Shown piece by piece: positions 42,401 through 57,300 of a stretch of DNA of 64,000 nt. The notes beneath the pieces are model-generated. The model was not told the origin of the DNA, ran no database searches, and saw only the letters and a list, made by a program, of their open reading frames with translations. Numbering within the stretch: the first letter of the stretch is position 1; every line of letters starts with the position of its first letter. This DNA comes from Azolla caroliniana (lineage: Eukaryota; Plantae; Polypodiophyta). The position numbers were made by a program, and so were the translations under genes. The DNA lies in the NCBI GenBank assembly GCA_043228905.1, contig JBHGNT010000044.1, forward strand, positions 1 to 64,000. Direction: 5' to 3'.

Positions 42401-44200
42401 GGATTTAAAAAATCACGATTTTGAAACTCAGGTCGAGAGACATGATGAAAATAGAAAACTTGAGGAGGGGGTTGAGAGGAGCCCTTGAGTAAATTAAAAT
42501 GTTCATACCTGGCTCGTGTGATATCGGATTTTTGTGTTCAAACATGCGCATCGAAACTAACAATGCTAGCTACGACATGGAATTAAAAAATCAAGATTTT
42601 GAGACTCAGGACGAGAGACATGATGAAAATAGAAAACTTGGGGAGGGAGTTGAGAGGAGCCCTTGAGTAAATTAAAATGTTCATACCTGGCTCGTGTGGT
42701 ATCGGATTTTTATGTTCAAACATGCGAATCGAAGCTAACAACGCTAGCTATGATATGGAATTAAAAAATCAAGATTTTGAAACTCAGGTCAAGAGACATG
42801 AAGAAATTAGCAAACTTGAGGACTGAGTTGAGAAGACCTAGTAGGTAACTTAAAATGTTCATACCTGGCTCGTGTGATATCGGATTTTTGTGTTCAAACA
42901 TGCGAATCGAAGCTAACAACGCTAGCTATGATATGGAATTAAAAACTCAAGATTTTTAAACTCGGGTCAAGAGACATGACGAAATTACCAAATTTGAGGA
43001 GGGAGTTGAGAAGAGCCATTGACTAAATTAAAATGTTCATACCTGGCTCGTGTGATATCGGATTTTTGTGTTCATACATGCGAATCGAAGCTAACAATGC
43101 TAGCTACGATATGGAATTAAAAAATCAAGATTTTGAAACTCAGGACGAGAGACATGATGAAAATAGAAAACATGGGGAGGGAGTTGAGAGGAGCCCTTGA
43201 GTAAATTAAAATGTTCATACCTGGCTCGTGTGCTATCGGATTTTTGTGTTCAAACATGCGAATCGAAGCTAACAACGCTAGCTATCATATGGAATTAAAA
43301 ACTCAAGATTTTTAAACTCGGGTCAAGAGACATGACGAAATTACCAAATTTGAGGAGGGAGTTGAGAAGAGCCCTTGACTAATTTAAAATGTTCATACCT
43401 GGCTCGTGTGATATCGTATTTTTGTGTTCAAACATGCGAATCGAAGCTAACAATGCTAGCTACGATATGGAATTAAAAATCAAGATTTGGAAACTCAGGA
43501 CGAGAGACATGATGAAAATAGAAAACTTGAGGAGGGAGTTGAGAGGAGCCCTTGAGTAAATTAAAATGTTCATACCTGGCTCGTATGGTATCGGTTTTTT
43601 GTGTTCAAACATGCGAATCGAAGCTAACAACGCTAGCTATGATATAGAATTAAAAAATCAAGATTTTGAAACTCAGGTCCAGAGACATGATGAAAATAGA
43701 AAACCTTAGGACGGGGTTGAGAGGAGCCCTTGAGTAAATTAAATTGTTCTTACCTGGCTCGTGTGATATCGGATTTTTGTGGTCAAACATGCGAATCGAA
43801 GCTAACAACGTTAGCTATCATATGGAATTAAAAAATCAAGATTTTGAAACTCGGGTCAAGAGACATGAAGAAATTAGCAAACTTGAGGAGTGAGTTGAGA
43901 AGACCTACTAGGTAAATTAAAATGTTCATACCTGGCTCGTGTGATATCGGATTTTTGTGTTCAAACATGCGAATCGAAGCTTACAACGCTAGCTGTGATA
44001 TGGAATTAAAAACTCAAGATTTTTAAACTCGGGTCAAGAGACATGACGAAATTACCAAATTTGAGGAGGGAGTTGAGAAGAGCCCTGGACTAAATTAAAA
44101 TGTTCATACCTGGCTCGTGTGATATCGGATTTTTGTGTTCATACATGCGAATCGAAGCTAACAATGCTAGCTACGATATGGAATTAAAAAATCAAGATTT
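36470..44200. repeat. Duplicated block at 25-monomer (4449-bp) offset
   Basis: Marker pairs 37123/41572 and 39258/43707. AATCACGAT at 37962/42411. The 177-bp monomer occurs at ~39020/43470. Confidence 0.85.
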
Positions 44201-47200
44201 GGAAACTCAGGACGAGAGACATGATGAAAATAGAAAACTTGAGGAGGGAGTTGAGAGGAGCCCTTGAGTAAATTAAAATGTTCATACCTGGCTCGTATGG
44301 TATCGGTTTTTTGTGTTCAAACATGCGAATCGAAGCTAACAACGCTAGCTATGATATAGAATTAAAAAATCAAGATTTTGAAACTCAGGTCCAGAGACAT
44401 GATGAAAATAGAAAACCTTAGGACGGGGTTGAGAGGAGCCCTTGAGTAAATTAAATTGTTCTTACCTGGCTCGTGTGATATCGGATTTTTGTGGTCAAAC
44501 ATGCGAATCGAAGCTAACAACGTTAGCTATCATATGGAATTAAAAAATCAAGATTTTGAAACTCGGGTCAAGAGACATGAAGAAATTAGCAAACTTGAGG
44601 AGTGAGTTGAGAAGACCTACTAGGTAAATTAAAATGTTCATACCTGGCTCGTGTGATATCGGATTTTTGTGTTCAAACATGCGAATCGAAGCTTACAACG
44701 CTAGCTGTGATATGGAATTAAAAACTCAAGATTTTTAAACTCGGGTCAAGAGACATGACGAAATTACCAAATTTGAGGAGGGAGTTGAGAAGAGCCCTGG
44801 ACTAAATTAAAATGTTCATACCTGGCTCGTGTGATATCGGATTTTTGTGTTCATACATGCGAATCGAAGCTAACAATGCTAGCTACGATATGGAATTAAA
44901 AAATCAAGATTTTTAAACTCGGCTCAAGAGACATGACGAAATTACCAAATTTGAGGAGGGAGTTGAGAAGAGCCCTTGACTAAATTAAAATGTTCATACC
45001 TGGCTCGTGTGATATCGGATTTTTGTGTTCATACATGCGAATCGAAGCTAACAATGCTAGCTACGATATGGAATTAAAAAATCAAGATTTTGAAACTCAG
45101 GTCAAGAGACATGAAGAAATTACCAAACTTGAGGACTGAGTTGAGAAGACCTAGTAGGTAAATTAAAATGTTCATTCCTGGCTCGTATGGTATCGGTTTT
45201 TTGTGTTCAAACATGCGAATCGAAGCTAACAACGCTAGCTATGATATAGAATTAAAAAATCAAGATTTTGAAACTCAGGTCCAGAGACATGATGAAAATA
45301 GAAAACCTTAGGACGGGGTTGAGAGGAGCCCTTGAGTAAATTAAAATGTTCTTACCTGGCTCGTGTGATATCGGATTTTTGTGGTCAAACATGCGAATCG
45401 AAGCTAACAACGTTAGCTATCATATGGAATTAAAAAATCAAGATTTTGAAACTCGGGTCAAGAGACATGAAGAAATTAGCAAACTTGAGGAGTGAGTTGA
45501 GAAGACCTACTAGGTAAATTAAAATGTTCATACCTGGCTCGTGTGATATCGGATTTTTGTGTTCAAACATGCGAATCGAAGCTAACAACGCTAGCTGTGA
45601 TATGGAATTAAAAACTCAAGATTTTTAAACTCGGGTCAAGAGACATGACGAAATTACCAAATTTGAGGAGGGAGTTGAGAAGAGCCCTGGACTAAATTAA
45701 AATGTTCATACCTGGCTCGTGTGATATCGGATTTTTGTGTTCATACATGCGAATCGAAGCTAACAATGCTAGCTACGATATGGAATTAAAAAATCAAGAT
45801 TTTTAAACTCGGCTCAAGAGACATGACGAAATTACCAAATTTGAGGAGGGAGTTGAGAGGAGCCCTTGACTAATTTAAAATGTTCATACCTGGCTCGTGT
45901 GATATCGTATTTTTGTGTTCAAACATGCGAATCGAAGCTAACAACGCTAGCTATGATATGGAATTAAAAAATCAAGATTTTGAAACTCAGGTCCAGAGAC
46001 ATGATGAAAATAGAAAACTTGAGGAGGGAGTTGAGAGGAGCCCTTGAGTAAATTAAAATGTTCATACCTGGCTCGTGTGCTATCGGATTTTTGTGTTCAA
46101 ACATGCGAATCGAAGCTAACAACGCTAGCTATCATATGGAATTAAAAAATCAAGATTTTGAAACTCAGGTCAAGAGACATGAAGAAATTAGCAAACTTGA
46201 GGACTGAGTTGAGAAGACCTAGTAGGTAAATTAAAATGTTCATACCTGGCTCGTGTGATATAGGATTTTTGTGTTCAAACATGCGAATCGAAGCTAACAA
46301 CGCTAGCTATGATATGGAATTAAAAACTCAAGATTTTTAAACTCGGGTCAAGAGACATGACGAAATTACCAAATTTGAGGAGGGAGTTGAGAAGAGCCCT
46401 TGACTAAATTAAAATGTTCATACCTGGCTCGTGTGATATCGGATTTTTGTGTTCATACATGCGAATCGAAGCTGACAATGCTAGCTACGATATGGAATTA
46501 AAAAATCAAGATTTTGAAACTCAGGTCAAGAGACATGAAGAAATTACCAAACTTGAGGACTGAGTTGAGAAGACCTAGTAGGTAAATTAAAATGTTCATT
46601 CCTGGCTCGTATGGTATCGGTTTTTTGTGTTCAAACATGCGAATCGAAGCTAACAACTCTAGCTATGATATAGAATTAAAAAATCAAGATTTTGAAACTC
46701 AGGTCCAGAGACATGATGAAAATAGAATACCTTAGGACGGGGTTGAGAGGAGCCCTTGAGTAAATTAAAATGTTCTTACCTGGCTCGTGTGATATCGGAT
46801 TTTTGTGGTCAAACATGCGAATCGAAGCTAACAACGTTAGCTATCATATGGAATTAAAAAATCAAGATTTTGAAACTCGGGTCAAGAGACATGAAGAAAT
46901 TAGCAAACTTGAGGAGTGAGTTGAGAAGACCTACTAGGTAAATTAAAATGTTCATACCTGGCTCGTGTGATATCGGATTTTTGTGTTCAAACATGCGAAT
47001 CGAATCTAACAACGCTAGCTGTGATATGGAATTAAAAACTCAAGATTTTTAAACTCGGGTCAAGAGACATGACGAAATTACCAAATTTGAGGAGGGAGTT
47101 GAGAAGAGCCCTGGACTAAATTAAAATGTTCATACCTGGCTCGTGTGATATCGGATTTTTGTGTTCATACATGCGAATCGAAGCTAACAATGCTAGCTAC

Positions 47201-48440
47201 GATATGGAATTAAAAAATCAAGATTTTTAAACTCGGGTCAAGAGACATGACGAAATTACCAAATTTGAGGAGGGAGTTGAGAGGAGCCCTTGACTAATTT
47301 AAAATGTTCATACCTGGCTCGTGTGATATCGTATTTTTGTGTTCAAACATGCGAATCGAAGCTAACAACGCTTGCTATGATATGGAATTAAAAACTCAAT
47401 ATTTTTAAACTCGGGTCAAGAGACATGAAGAAATTAGCAAACTTGAGGAGGGAGTTGAGAGGAGCCCTTGAGTAAATTAAAATGTTCATACGTGGCTCGT
47501 GTGATATCGGATTTTTGTGTTCAAACATGCGAATCGAAGCTAACATTGCTAGCTATGATATGGATTTAAAAAATCACGATTTTGAAACTCAGGTCGAGAG
47601 ACATGATGAAAATAGAAAACTTGAGGAGGGGGTTGAGAGGAGCCCTTGAGTAAATTAAAATGTTCATACCTGGCTCGTGTGATATCGGATTTTTGTGTTC
47701 AAACATGCGCATCGAAACTAACAATGCTAGCTACGACATGGAATTAAAAAATCAAGATTTTGAGACTCAGGACGAGAGACATGATGAAAATAGAAAACTT
47801 GGGGAGGGAGTTGAGAGGAGCCCTTGAGTAAATTAAAATGTTCATACCTGGCTCGTGTGGTATCGGATTTTTATGTTCAAACATGCGAATCGAAGCTAAC
47901 AACGCTAGCTATGATATGGAATTAAAAAATCAAGATTTTGAAACTCAGGTCAAGAGACATGAAGAAATTAGCAAACTTGAGGACTGAGTTGAGAAGACCT
48001 AGTAGGTAACTTAAAATGTTCATACCTGGCTCGTGTGATATCGGATTTTTGTGTTCAAACATGCGAATCGAAGCTAACAACGCTAGCTATGATATGGAAT
48101 TAAAAACTCAAGATTTTTAAACTCGGGTCAAGAGACATGACGAAATTACCAAATTTGAGGAGGGAGTTGAGAAGAGCCATTGACTAAATTAAAATGTTCA
48201 TACCTGGCTCGTGTGATATCGGATTTTTGTGTTCATACATGCGAATCGAAGCTAACAATGCTAGCTACGATATGGAATTAAAAAATCAAGATTTTGAAAC
48301 TCAGGACGAGAGACATGATGAAAATAGAAAACATGGGGAGGGAGTTGAGAGGAGCCCTTGAGTAAATTAAAATGTTCATACCTGGCTCGTGTGCTATCGG
48401 ATTTTTGTGTTCAAACATGCGAATCGAAGCTAACAACGCT
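39950..48440. repeat. Duplicated block at 29-monomer (5161-bp) offset
   Basis: Marker pairs 40148/45309 and 41572/46733. GCTGACAATG at 41310/46471 and GAATCTAAC at 41841/47002. Confidence 0.85.
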
Positions 48441-50580
48441 AGCTATGATATGGAATTAAAAACTCAAGATTTTTAAACTCGGGTCAAGAGACATGACGAA
48501 ATTACCAAATTTGAGGAGGGAGTTGAGAAGAGCCCTTGACTAAATTAAAATGTTCATACCTGGCTCGTGTGATATCGGATTTTTGTGTTCATACATGCGA
48601 ATCGAAGCTGACAATGCTAGCTACGATATGGAATTAAAAAATCAAGATTTTGAAACTCAGGTCAAGAGACATGAAGAAATTACCAAACTTGAGGACTGAG
48701 TTGAGAAGACCTAGTAGGTAAATTAAAATGTTCATTCCTGGCTCGTATGGTATCGGTTTTTTGTGTTCAAACATGCGAATCGAAGCTAACAACTCTAGCT
48801 ATGATATAGAATTAAAAAATCAAGATTTTGAAACTCAGGTCCAGAGACATGATGAAAATAGAATACCTTAGGACGGGGTTGAGAGGAGCCCTTGAGTAAA
48901 TTAAAATGTTCTTACCTGGCTCGTGTGATATCGGATTTTTGTGGTCAAACATGCGAATCGAAGCTAACAACGTTAGCTATCATATGGAATTAAAAAATCA
49001 AGATTTTGAAACTCGGGTCAAGAGACATGAAGAAATTAGCAAACTTGAGGAGTGAGTTGAGAAGACCTACTAGGTAAATTAAAATGTTCATACCTGGCTC
49101 GTGTGATATCGGATTTTTGTGTTCAAACATGCGAATCGAATCTAACAACGCTAGCTGTGATATGGAATTAAAAACTCAAGATTTTTAAACTCGGGTCAAG
49201 AGACATGACGAAATTACCAAATTTGAGGAGGGAGTTGAGAAGAGCCCTGGACTAAATTAAAATGTTCATACCTGGCTCGTGTGATATCGGATTTTTGTGT
49301 TCATACATGCGAATCGAAGCTAACAATGCTAGCTACGATATGGAATTAAAAAATCAAGATTTTTAAACTCGGGTCAAGAGACATGACGAAATTACCAAAT
49401 TTGAGGAGGGAGTTGAGAGGAGCCCTTGACTAATTTAAAATGTTCATACCTGGCTCGTGTGATATCGTATTTTTGTGTTCAAACATGCGAATCGAAGCTA
49501 ACAACGCTTGCTATGATATGGAATTAAAAACTCAATATTTTTAAACTCGGGTCAAGAGACATGAAGAAATTAGCAAACTTGAGGAGGGAGTTGAGAGGAG
49601 CCCTTGAGTAAATTAAAATGTTCATACGTGGCTCGTGTGATATCGGATTTTTGTGTTCAAACATGCGAATCGAAGCTAACATTGCTAGCTATGATATGGA
49701 TTTAAAAAATCACGATTTTGAAACTCAGGTCGAGAGACATGATGAAAATAGAAAACTTGAGGAGGGGGTTGAGAGGAGCCCTTGAGTAAATTAAAATGTT
49801 CATACCTGGCTCGTGTGATATCGGATTTTTGTGTTCAAACATGCGCATCGAAACTAACAATGCTAGCTACGACATGGAATTAAAAAATCAAGATTTTGAG
49901 ACTCAGGACGAGAGACATGATGAAAATAGAAAACTTGGGGAGGGAGTTGAGAGGAGCCCTTGAGTAAATTAAAATGTTCATACCTGGCTCGTGTGGTATC
50001 GGATTTTTATGTTCAAACATGCGAATCGAAGCTAACAACGCTAGCTATGATATGGAATTAAAAAATCAAGATTTTGAAACTCAGGTCAAGAGACATGAAG
50101 AAATTAGCAAACTTGAGGACTGAGTTGAGAAGACCTAGTAGGTAACTTAAAATGTTCATACCTGGCTCGTGTGATATCGGATTTTTGTGTTCAAACATGC
50201 GAATCGAAGCTAACAACGCTAGCTATGATATGGAATTAAAAACTCAAGATTTTTAAACTCGGGTCAAGAGACATGACGAAATTACCAAATTTGAGGAGGG
50301 AGTTGAGAAGAGCCATTGACTAAATTAAAATGTTCATACCTGGCTCGTGTGATATCGGATTTTTGTGTTCATACATGCGAATCGAAGCTAACAATGCTAG
50401 CTACGATATGGAATTAAAAAATCAAGATTTTGAAACTCAGGACGAGAGACATGATGAAAATAGAAAACATGGGGAGGGAGTTGAGAGGAGCCCTTGAGTA
50501 AATTAAAATGTTCATACCTGGCTCGTGTGCTATCGGATTTTTGTGTTCAAACATGCGAATCGAAGCTAACAACGCTAGCT
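46270..50580. repeat. 12-monomer (2136-bp) tandem duplication
   Basis: GCTGACAATG at 46471/48607, GAATCTAAC at 47002/49138, marker pair 46733/48869. Confidence 0.88.
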
Positions 50581-53500
50581 ATCATATGGAATTAAAAACT
50601 CAAGATTTTTAAACTCGGGTCAAGAGACATGACGAAATTACCAAATTTGAGGAGGGAGTTGAGAAGAGCCCTTGACTAATTTAAAATGTTCATACCTGGC
50701 TCGTGTGATATCGTATTTTTGTGTTCAAACATGCGAATCGAAGCTAACAATGCTAGCTACGATATGGAATTAAAAATCAAGATTTGGAAACTCAGGACGA
50801 GAGACATGATGAAAATAGAAAACTTGAGGAGGGAGTTGAGAGGAGCCCTTGAGTAAATTAAAATGTTCATACCTGGCTCGTATGGTATCGGTTTTTTGTG
50901 TTCAAACATGCGAATCGAAGCTAACAACGCTAGCTATGATATAGAATTAAAAAATCAAGATTTTGAAACTCAGGTCCAGAGACATGATGAAAATAGAAAA
51001 CCTTAGGACGGGGTTGAGAGGAGCCCTTGAGTAAATTAAATTGTTCTTACCTGGCTCGTGTGATATCGGATTTTTGTGGTCAAACATGCGAATCGAAGCT
51101 AACAACGTTAGCTATCATATGGAATTAAAAAATCAAGATTTTGAAACTCGGGTCAAGAGACATGAAGAAATTAGCAAACTTGAGGAGTGAGTTGAGAAGA
51201 CCTACTAGGTAAATTAAAATGTTCATACCTGGCTCGTGTGATATCGGATTTTTGTGTTCAAACATGCGAATCGAAGCTTACAACGCTAGCTGTGATATGG
51301 AATTAAAAACTCAAGATTTTTAAACTCGGGTCAAGAGACATGACGAAATTACCAAATTTGAGGAGGGAGTTGAGAAGAGCCCTGGACTAAATTAAAATGT
51401 TCATACCTGGCTCGTGTGATATCGGATTTTTGTGTTCATACATGCGAATCGAAGCTAACAATGCTAGCTACGATATGGAATTAAAAAATCAAGATTTTTA
51501 AACTCGGGTCAAGAGACATGACGAAATTACCAAATTTGAGGAGGGAGTTGAGAAGAGCCCTTGACTAAATTAAAATGTTCATACCTGGCTCGTGTGATAT
51601 CGGATTTTTGTGTTCAAACATGCGAATCGAAGCTAACATTGCTAGCTATGATATGGATTTAAAAAATCACGATTTTGAAACTCAGGTCGAGAGACATGAT
51701 GAAAATAGAAAACTTGAGGAGGGGGTTGAGAGGAGCCCTTGAGTAAATTAAAATGTTCATACCTGGCTCGTGTGATATCGGATTTTTGTGTTCAAACATG
51801 CGCATCGAAACTAACAATGCTAGCTACGACATGGAATTAAAAAATCAAGATTTTGAGACTCAGGACGAGAGACATGATGAAAATAGAAAACTTGGGGAGG
51901 GAGTTGAGAGGAGCCCTTGAGTAAATTAAAATGTTCATACCTGGCTCGTGTGGTATCGGATTTTTATGTTCAAACATGCGAATCGAAGCTAACAACGCTA
52001 GCTATGATATGGAATTAAAAAATCAAGATTTTGAAACTCAGGTCAAGAGACATGAAGAAATTAGCAAACTTGAGGACTGAGTTGAGAAGACCTAGTAGGT
52101 AACTTAAAATGTTCATACCTGGCTCGTGTGATATCGGATTTTTGTGTTCAAACATGCGAATCGAAGCTAACAACGCTAGCTATGATATGGAATTAAAAAC
52201 TCAAGATTTTTAAACTCGGGTCAAGAGACATGACGAAATTACCAAATTTGAGGAGGGAGTTGAGAAGAGCCATTGACTAAATTAAAATGTTCATACCTGG
52301 CTCGTGTGATATCGGATTTTTGTGTTCATACATGCGAATCGAAGCTAACAATGCTAGCTACGATATGGAATTAAAAAATCAAGATTTTGAAACTCAGGAC
52401 GAGAGACATGATGAAAATAGAAAACATGGGGAGGGAGTTGAGAGGAGCCCTTGAGTAAATTAAAATGTTCATACCTGGCTCGTGTGCTATCGGATTTTTG
52501 TGTTCAAACATGCGAATCGAAGCTAACAACGCTAGCTATCATATGGAATTAAAAACTCAAGATTTTTAAACTCGGGTCAAGAGACATGACGAAATTACCA
52601 AATTTGAGGAGGGAGTTGAGAAGAGCCCTTGACTAATTTAAAATGTTCATACCTGGCTCGTGTGATATCGTATTTTTGTGTTCAAACATGCGAATCGAAG
52701 CTAACAATGCTAGCTACGATATGGAATTAAAAATCAAGATTTGGAAACTCAGGACGAGAGACATGATGAAAATAGAAAACTTGAGGAGGGAGTTGAGAGG
52801 AGCCCTTGAGTAAATTAAAATGTTCATACCTGGCTCGTGTGGTATCGGATTTTTGTGTTCAAACATGCGAATCGAAGCTAACAACGCTAGCTATGATATG
52901 GAATTAAAAACTCAAGATTTTTAAACTCGGGTCAAGAGACATGACGAAATTACCAAATTTGAGGAGGGAGTTGAGAAGAGCCCTTGACTAAATTAAAATG
53001 TTCATACCTGGCTCGTGTGATATCGGATTTTTGTGTTCATACATGCGAATCGAAGCTAACAATGCTAGCTACGATATGGAATTAAAAAATCAAGATTTTG
53101 AAACTCAGGTCAAGAGACATGAAGAAATTACCAAACTTGAGGACTGAGTTGAGAAGACCTAGTAGGTAAATTAAAATGTTCATTCCTGGCTCGTATGGTA
53201 TCGGTTTTTTGTGTTCAAACATGCGAATCGAAGCTAACAACTCTAGCTATGATATAGAATTAAAAAATCAAGATTTTGAAACTCAGGTCCAGAGACATGA
53301 TGAAAATAGAATACCTTAGGACGGGGTTGAGAGGAGCCCTTGAGTAAATTAAAATGTTCTTACCTGGCTCGTGTGATATCGGATTTTTGTGGTCAAACAT
53401 GCGAATCGAAGCTAACAACGTTAGCTATCATATGGAATTAAAAAATCAAGATTTTGAAACTCGGGTCAAGAGACATGAAGAAATTAGCAAACTTGAGGAG

Positions 53501-54301
53501 TGAGTTGAGAAGACCTACTAGGTAAATTAAAATGTTCATACCTGGCTCGTGTGATATCGGATTTTTGTGTTCAAACATGCGAATCGAAGCTAACAACGCT
53601 AGCTGTGATATGGAATTAAAAACTCAAGATTTTTAAACTCGGGTCAAGAGACATGACGAAATTACCAAATTTGAGGAGGGAGTTGAGAAGAGCCCTGGAC
53701 TAAATTAAAATGTTCATACCTGGCTCGTGTGATATCGGATTTTTGTGTTCATACATGCGAATCGAAGCTAACAATGCTAGCTACGATATGGAATTAAAAA
53801 ATCAAGATTTTTAAACTCGGGTCAAGAGACATGACGAAATTACCAAATTTGAGGAGGGAGTTGAGAGGAGCCCTTGACTAATTTAAAATGTTCATACCTG
53901 GCTCGTGTGATATCGTATTTTTGTGTTCAAACATGCGAATCGAAGCTAACAACGCTTGCTATGATATGGAATTAAAAACTCAATATTTTTAAACTCGGGT
54001 CAAGAGACATGAAGAAATTAGCAAACTTGAGGAGGGAGTTGAGAGGAGCCCTTGAGTAAATTAAAATGTTCATACGTGGCTCGTGTGATATCGGATTTTT
54101 GTGTTCAAACATGCGAATCGAAGCTAACATTGCTAGCTATGATATGGATTTAAAAAATCACGATTTTGAAACTCAGGTCGAGAGACATGATGAAAATAGC
54201 AAACTTGAGGAGGGGGTTGAGAGGAGCCCTTGAGTAAATTAAAATGTTCATACCTGGCTCGTGTGATATCGGATTTTTGTGTTCAAACATGCGCATCGAA
54301 A

Positions 54302-57300
54302 CTAACAATGCTAGCTACGACATGGAATTAAAAAATCAAGATTTTGAGACTCAGGACGAGAGACATGATGAAAATAGAAAACTTGGGGAGGGAGTTGAGA
54401 GGAGCCCTTGAGTAAATTAAAATGTTCATACCTGGCTCGTGTGGTATCGGATTTTTATGTTCAAACATGCGAATCGAAGCTAACAACGCTAGCTATGATA
54501 TGGAATTAAAAAATCAAGATTTTGAAACTCAGGTCAAGAGACATGAAGAAATTAGCAAACTTGAGGACTGAGTTGAGAAGACCTAGTAGGTAACTTAAAA
54601 TGTTCATACCTGGCTCGTGTGATATCGGATTTTTGTGTTCAAACATGCGAATCGAAGCTAACAACGCTAGCTATGATATGGAATTAAAAACTCAAGATTT
54701 TTAAACTCGGGTCAAGAGACATGACGAAATTACCAAATTTGAGGAGGGAGTTGAGAAGAGCCATTGACTAAATTAAAATGTTCATACCTGGCTCGTGTGA
54801 TATCGGATTTTTGTGTTCATACATGCGAATCGAAGCTAACAATGCTAGCTACGATATGGAATTAAAAAATCAAGATTTTGAAACTCAGGACGAGAGACAT
54901 GATGAAAATAGAAAACATGGGGAGGGAGTTGAGAGGAGCCCTTGAGTAAATTAAAATGTTCATACCTGGCTCGTGTGCTATCGGATTTTTGTGTTCAAAC
55001 ATGCGAATCGAAGCTAACAACGCTAGCTATCATATGGAATTAAAAACTCAAGATTTTTAAACTCGGGTCAAGAGACATGACGAAATTACCAAATTTGAGG
55101 AGGGAGTTGAGAAGAGCCCTTGACTAATTTAAAATGTTCATACCTGGCTCGTGTGATATCGTATTTTTGTGTTCAAACATGCGAATCGAAGCTAACAATG
55201 CTAGCTACGATATGGAATTAAAAATCAAGATTTGGAAACTCAGGACGAGAGACATGATGAAAATAGAAAACTTGAGGAGGGAGTTGAGAGGAGCCCTTGA
55301 GTAAATTAAAATGTTCATACCTGGCTCGTGTGGTATCGGATTTTTGTGTTCAAACATGCGAATCGAAGCTAACAACGCTAGCTATGATATGGAATTAAAA
55401 AATCAAGATTTTTAAACTCGGGTCAAAAGACATGACGAAATTACCAAATTTGAGGAGGGAGTTGAGAAGAGCCATTGACTAAATTAAAATGTACATACCT
55501 GGCTCGTGTGATATCGGATTTTTGTGTTCATACATGCGAATCGAAGCTAACAATGCTAGCTACGATATGGAATTAAAAAATCAAGATTTTGAAACTCAGG
55601 TCGAGAGACATGATGAAAATAGAAAACTTGAGGAGGGAGTTGAGAGGAGCCCTTGAGTAAATTAAAATGTTCATACCTGGCTCGTGTGGTATCGGATTTT
55701 TGTGTTCAAACATGCGAATCGAAGCTAATAACGCTAGCTATCATATGGAATTAAAAAATCAAGATTTTTAAACTCGGGTCAAGAGACATGACGAAATTAC
55801 CAAATTTGAGGAGGGAGTTGAGAAGAGCCCTTGACTAATTTAAAATGTTCATACCTGGCTCGTGTGATATCGTATTTTTGTGTTCAAACATGCGAATCGA
55901 AGCTAACAACGCTTGCTATGATATGGAATTAAAAACTCAATATTTTTAAACTCGGGTCAAGAGACATGAAGAAATTAGCAAACTTCAGGAGGGAGTTGAG
56001 AGGAGCCCTTGAGTAAATTAAAATGTTCATACGTGGCTCGTGTGATATCGGATTTTTGTGTTCAAACATGCGAATCGAAGCTCACAACGCTAGCTATGAT
56101 ATGGAATTAAAAAATCAAGATTTTGAAACTCAGGTCGAGAGACATGATGAAAATAGAAAACTTGAGGAGGGAGTTGAGAGGAGCCCTTGAGTAACTTAAA
56201 ATGTTCATACCTGGCTCGTGTGCTATCGGATTTTTGTGTTCAAACATGCGAATCGAAGCTAACAACGCTAGCTATCATATGGAATTAAAAAATCAAGATT
56301 TTGAAACTCAGAGCAAGAGACATGAAGAAATTAGCAAACTTGAGGACTGAGTTGAGAAGACCTAGTAGGAAAATTAAAATGTTAATACCTGGCTCGTGTG
56401 ATATCGGATTTTTGTGTTCAAACATGCGAATCGAAGCTAACAACGCTAGCTATGATATGGAATTAAAAACTCAAGATTTTTAAACTCGGGTCAAGAGACA
56501 TGACGAAATTACCAACTTTGAGGAGGGAGTTGAGAAGAGCCCTTGACTAAATTAAAATGTTCATACCTGGCTCGTGTGATATCGGATTTTTGTGTTCATA
56601 CATGCGAATCGAAGCTCACAATGCTAGCTACGATATGGAATTAAAAAATCAAGATTTTGAAACTCAGGTCAAGAGACATAAAGAAATTACCAAACTTGAG
56701 GACTGAGTTGAGAAGACCTAGTAGGTAAATTAAAATGTTCATTCCTGGCTCGTATGGTATCGGTTTTTTGTGTTCAAACATGCGAATCGAAGCTAACAAC
56801 GCTAGCTATGATATAGAATTAGAAAATCAAGATTTTGAAACTCAGGTCCAGAGACATGATGAAAATAGAAAACCTTAGGACGGGGTTGAGAGGAGCCCTT
56901 GAGTAAATTAAAATGTTCTTACCTGGCTCGTGTGATATCGGATTTTTGTGGTCAAACATGCGAATCGAAGCTAACAACGTTAGCTATCATATGGAATTAA
57001 AAAATCAAGATTTTGAAACTCGGGTCAAGAGACATGAAGAAATTAGCAAACTTGAGGAGTGAGTTGAGAAGACCTACTAGGTAAATTAAAATGTTCATAC
57101 CTGGCTCGTGTGATATCGGATTTTTGTGTTCAAACATGCGAATCGAAGCTAACAACGCTAGCTGTGATATGGAATTAAAAACTCAAGATTTTTAAACTCG
57201 GGTCAAGAGACATGACGAAATTACCAAATTTGAGGAGGGAGTTGAGAAGAGCCCTGGACTAAATTAAAATGTTCATACCTGGCTCGTGTGATATCGGATT

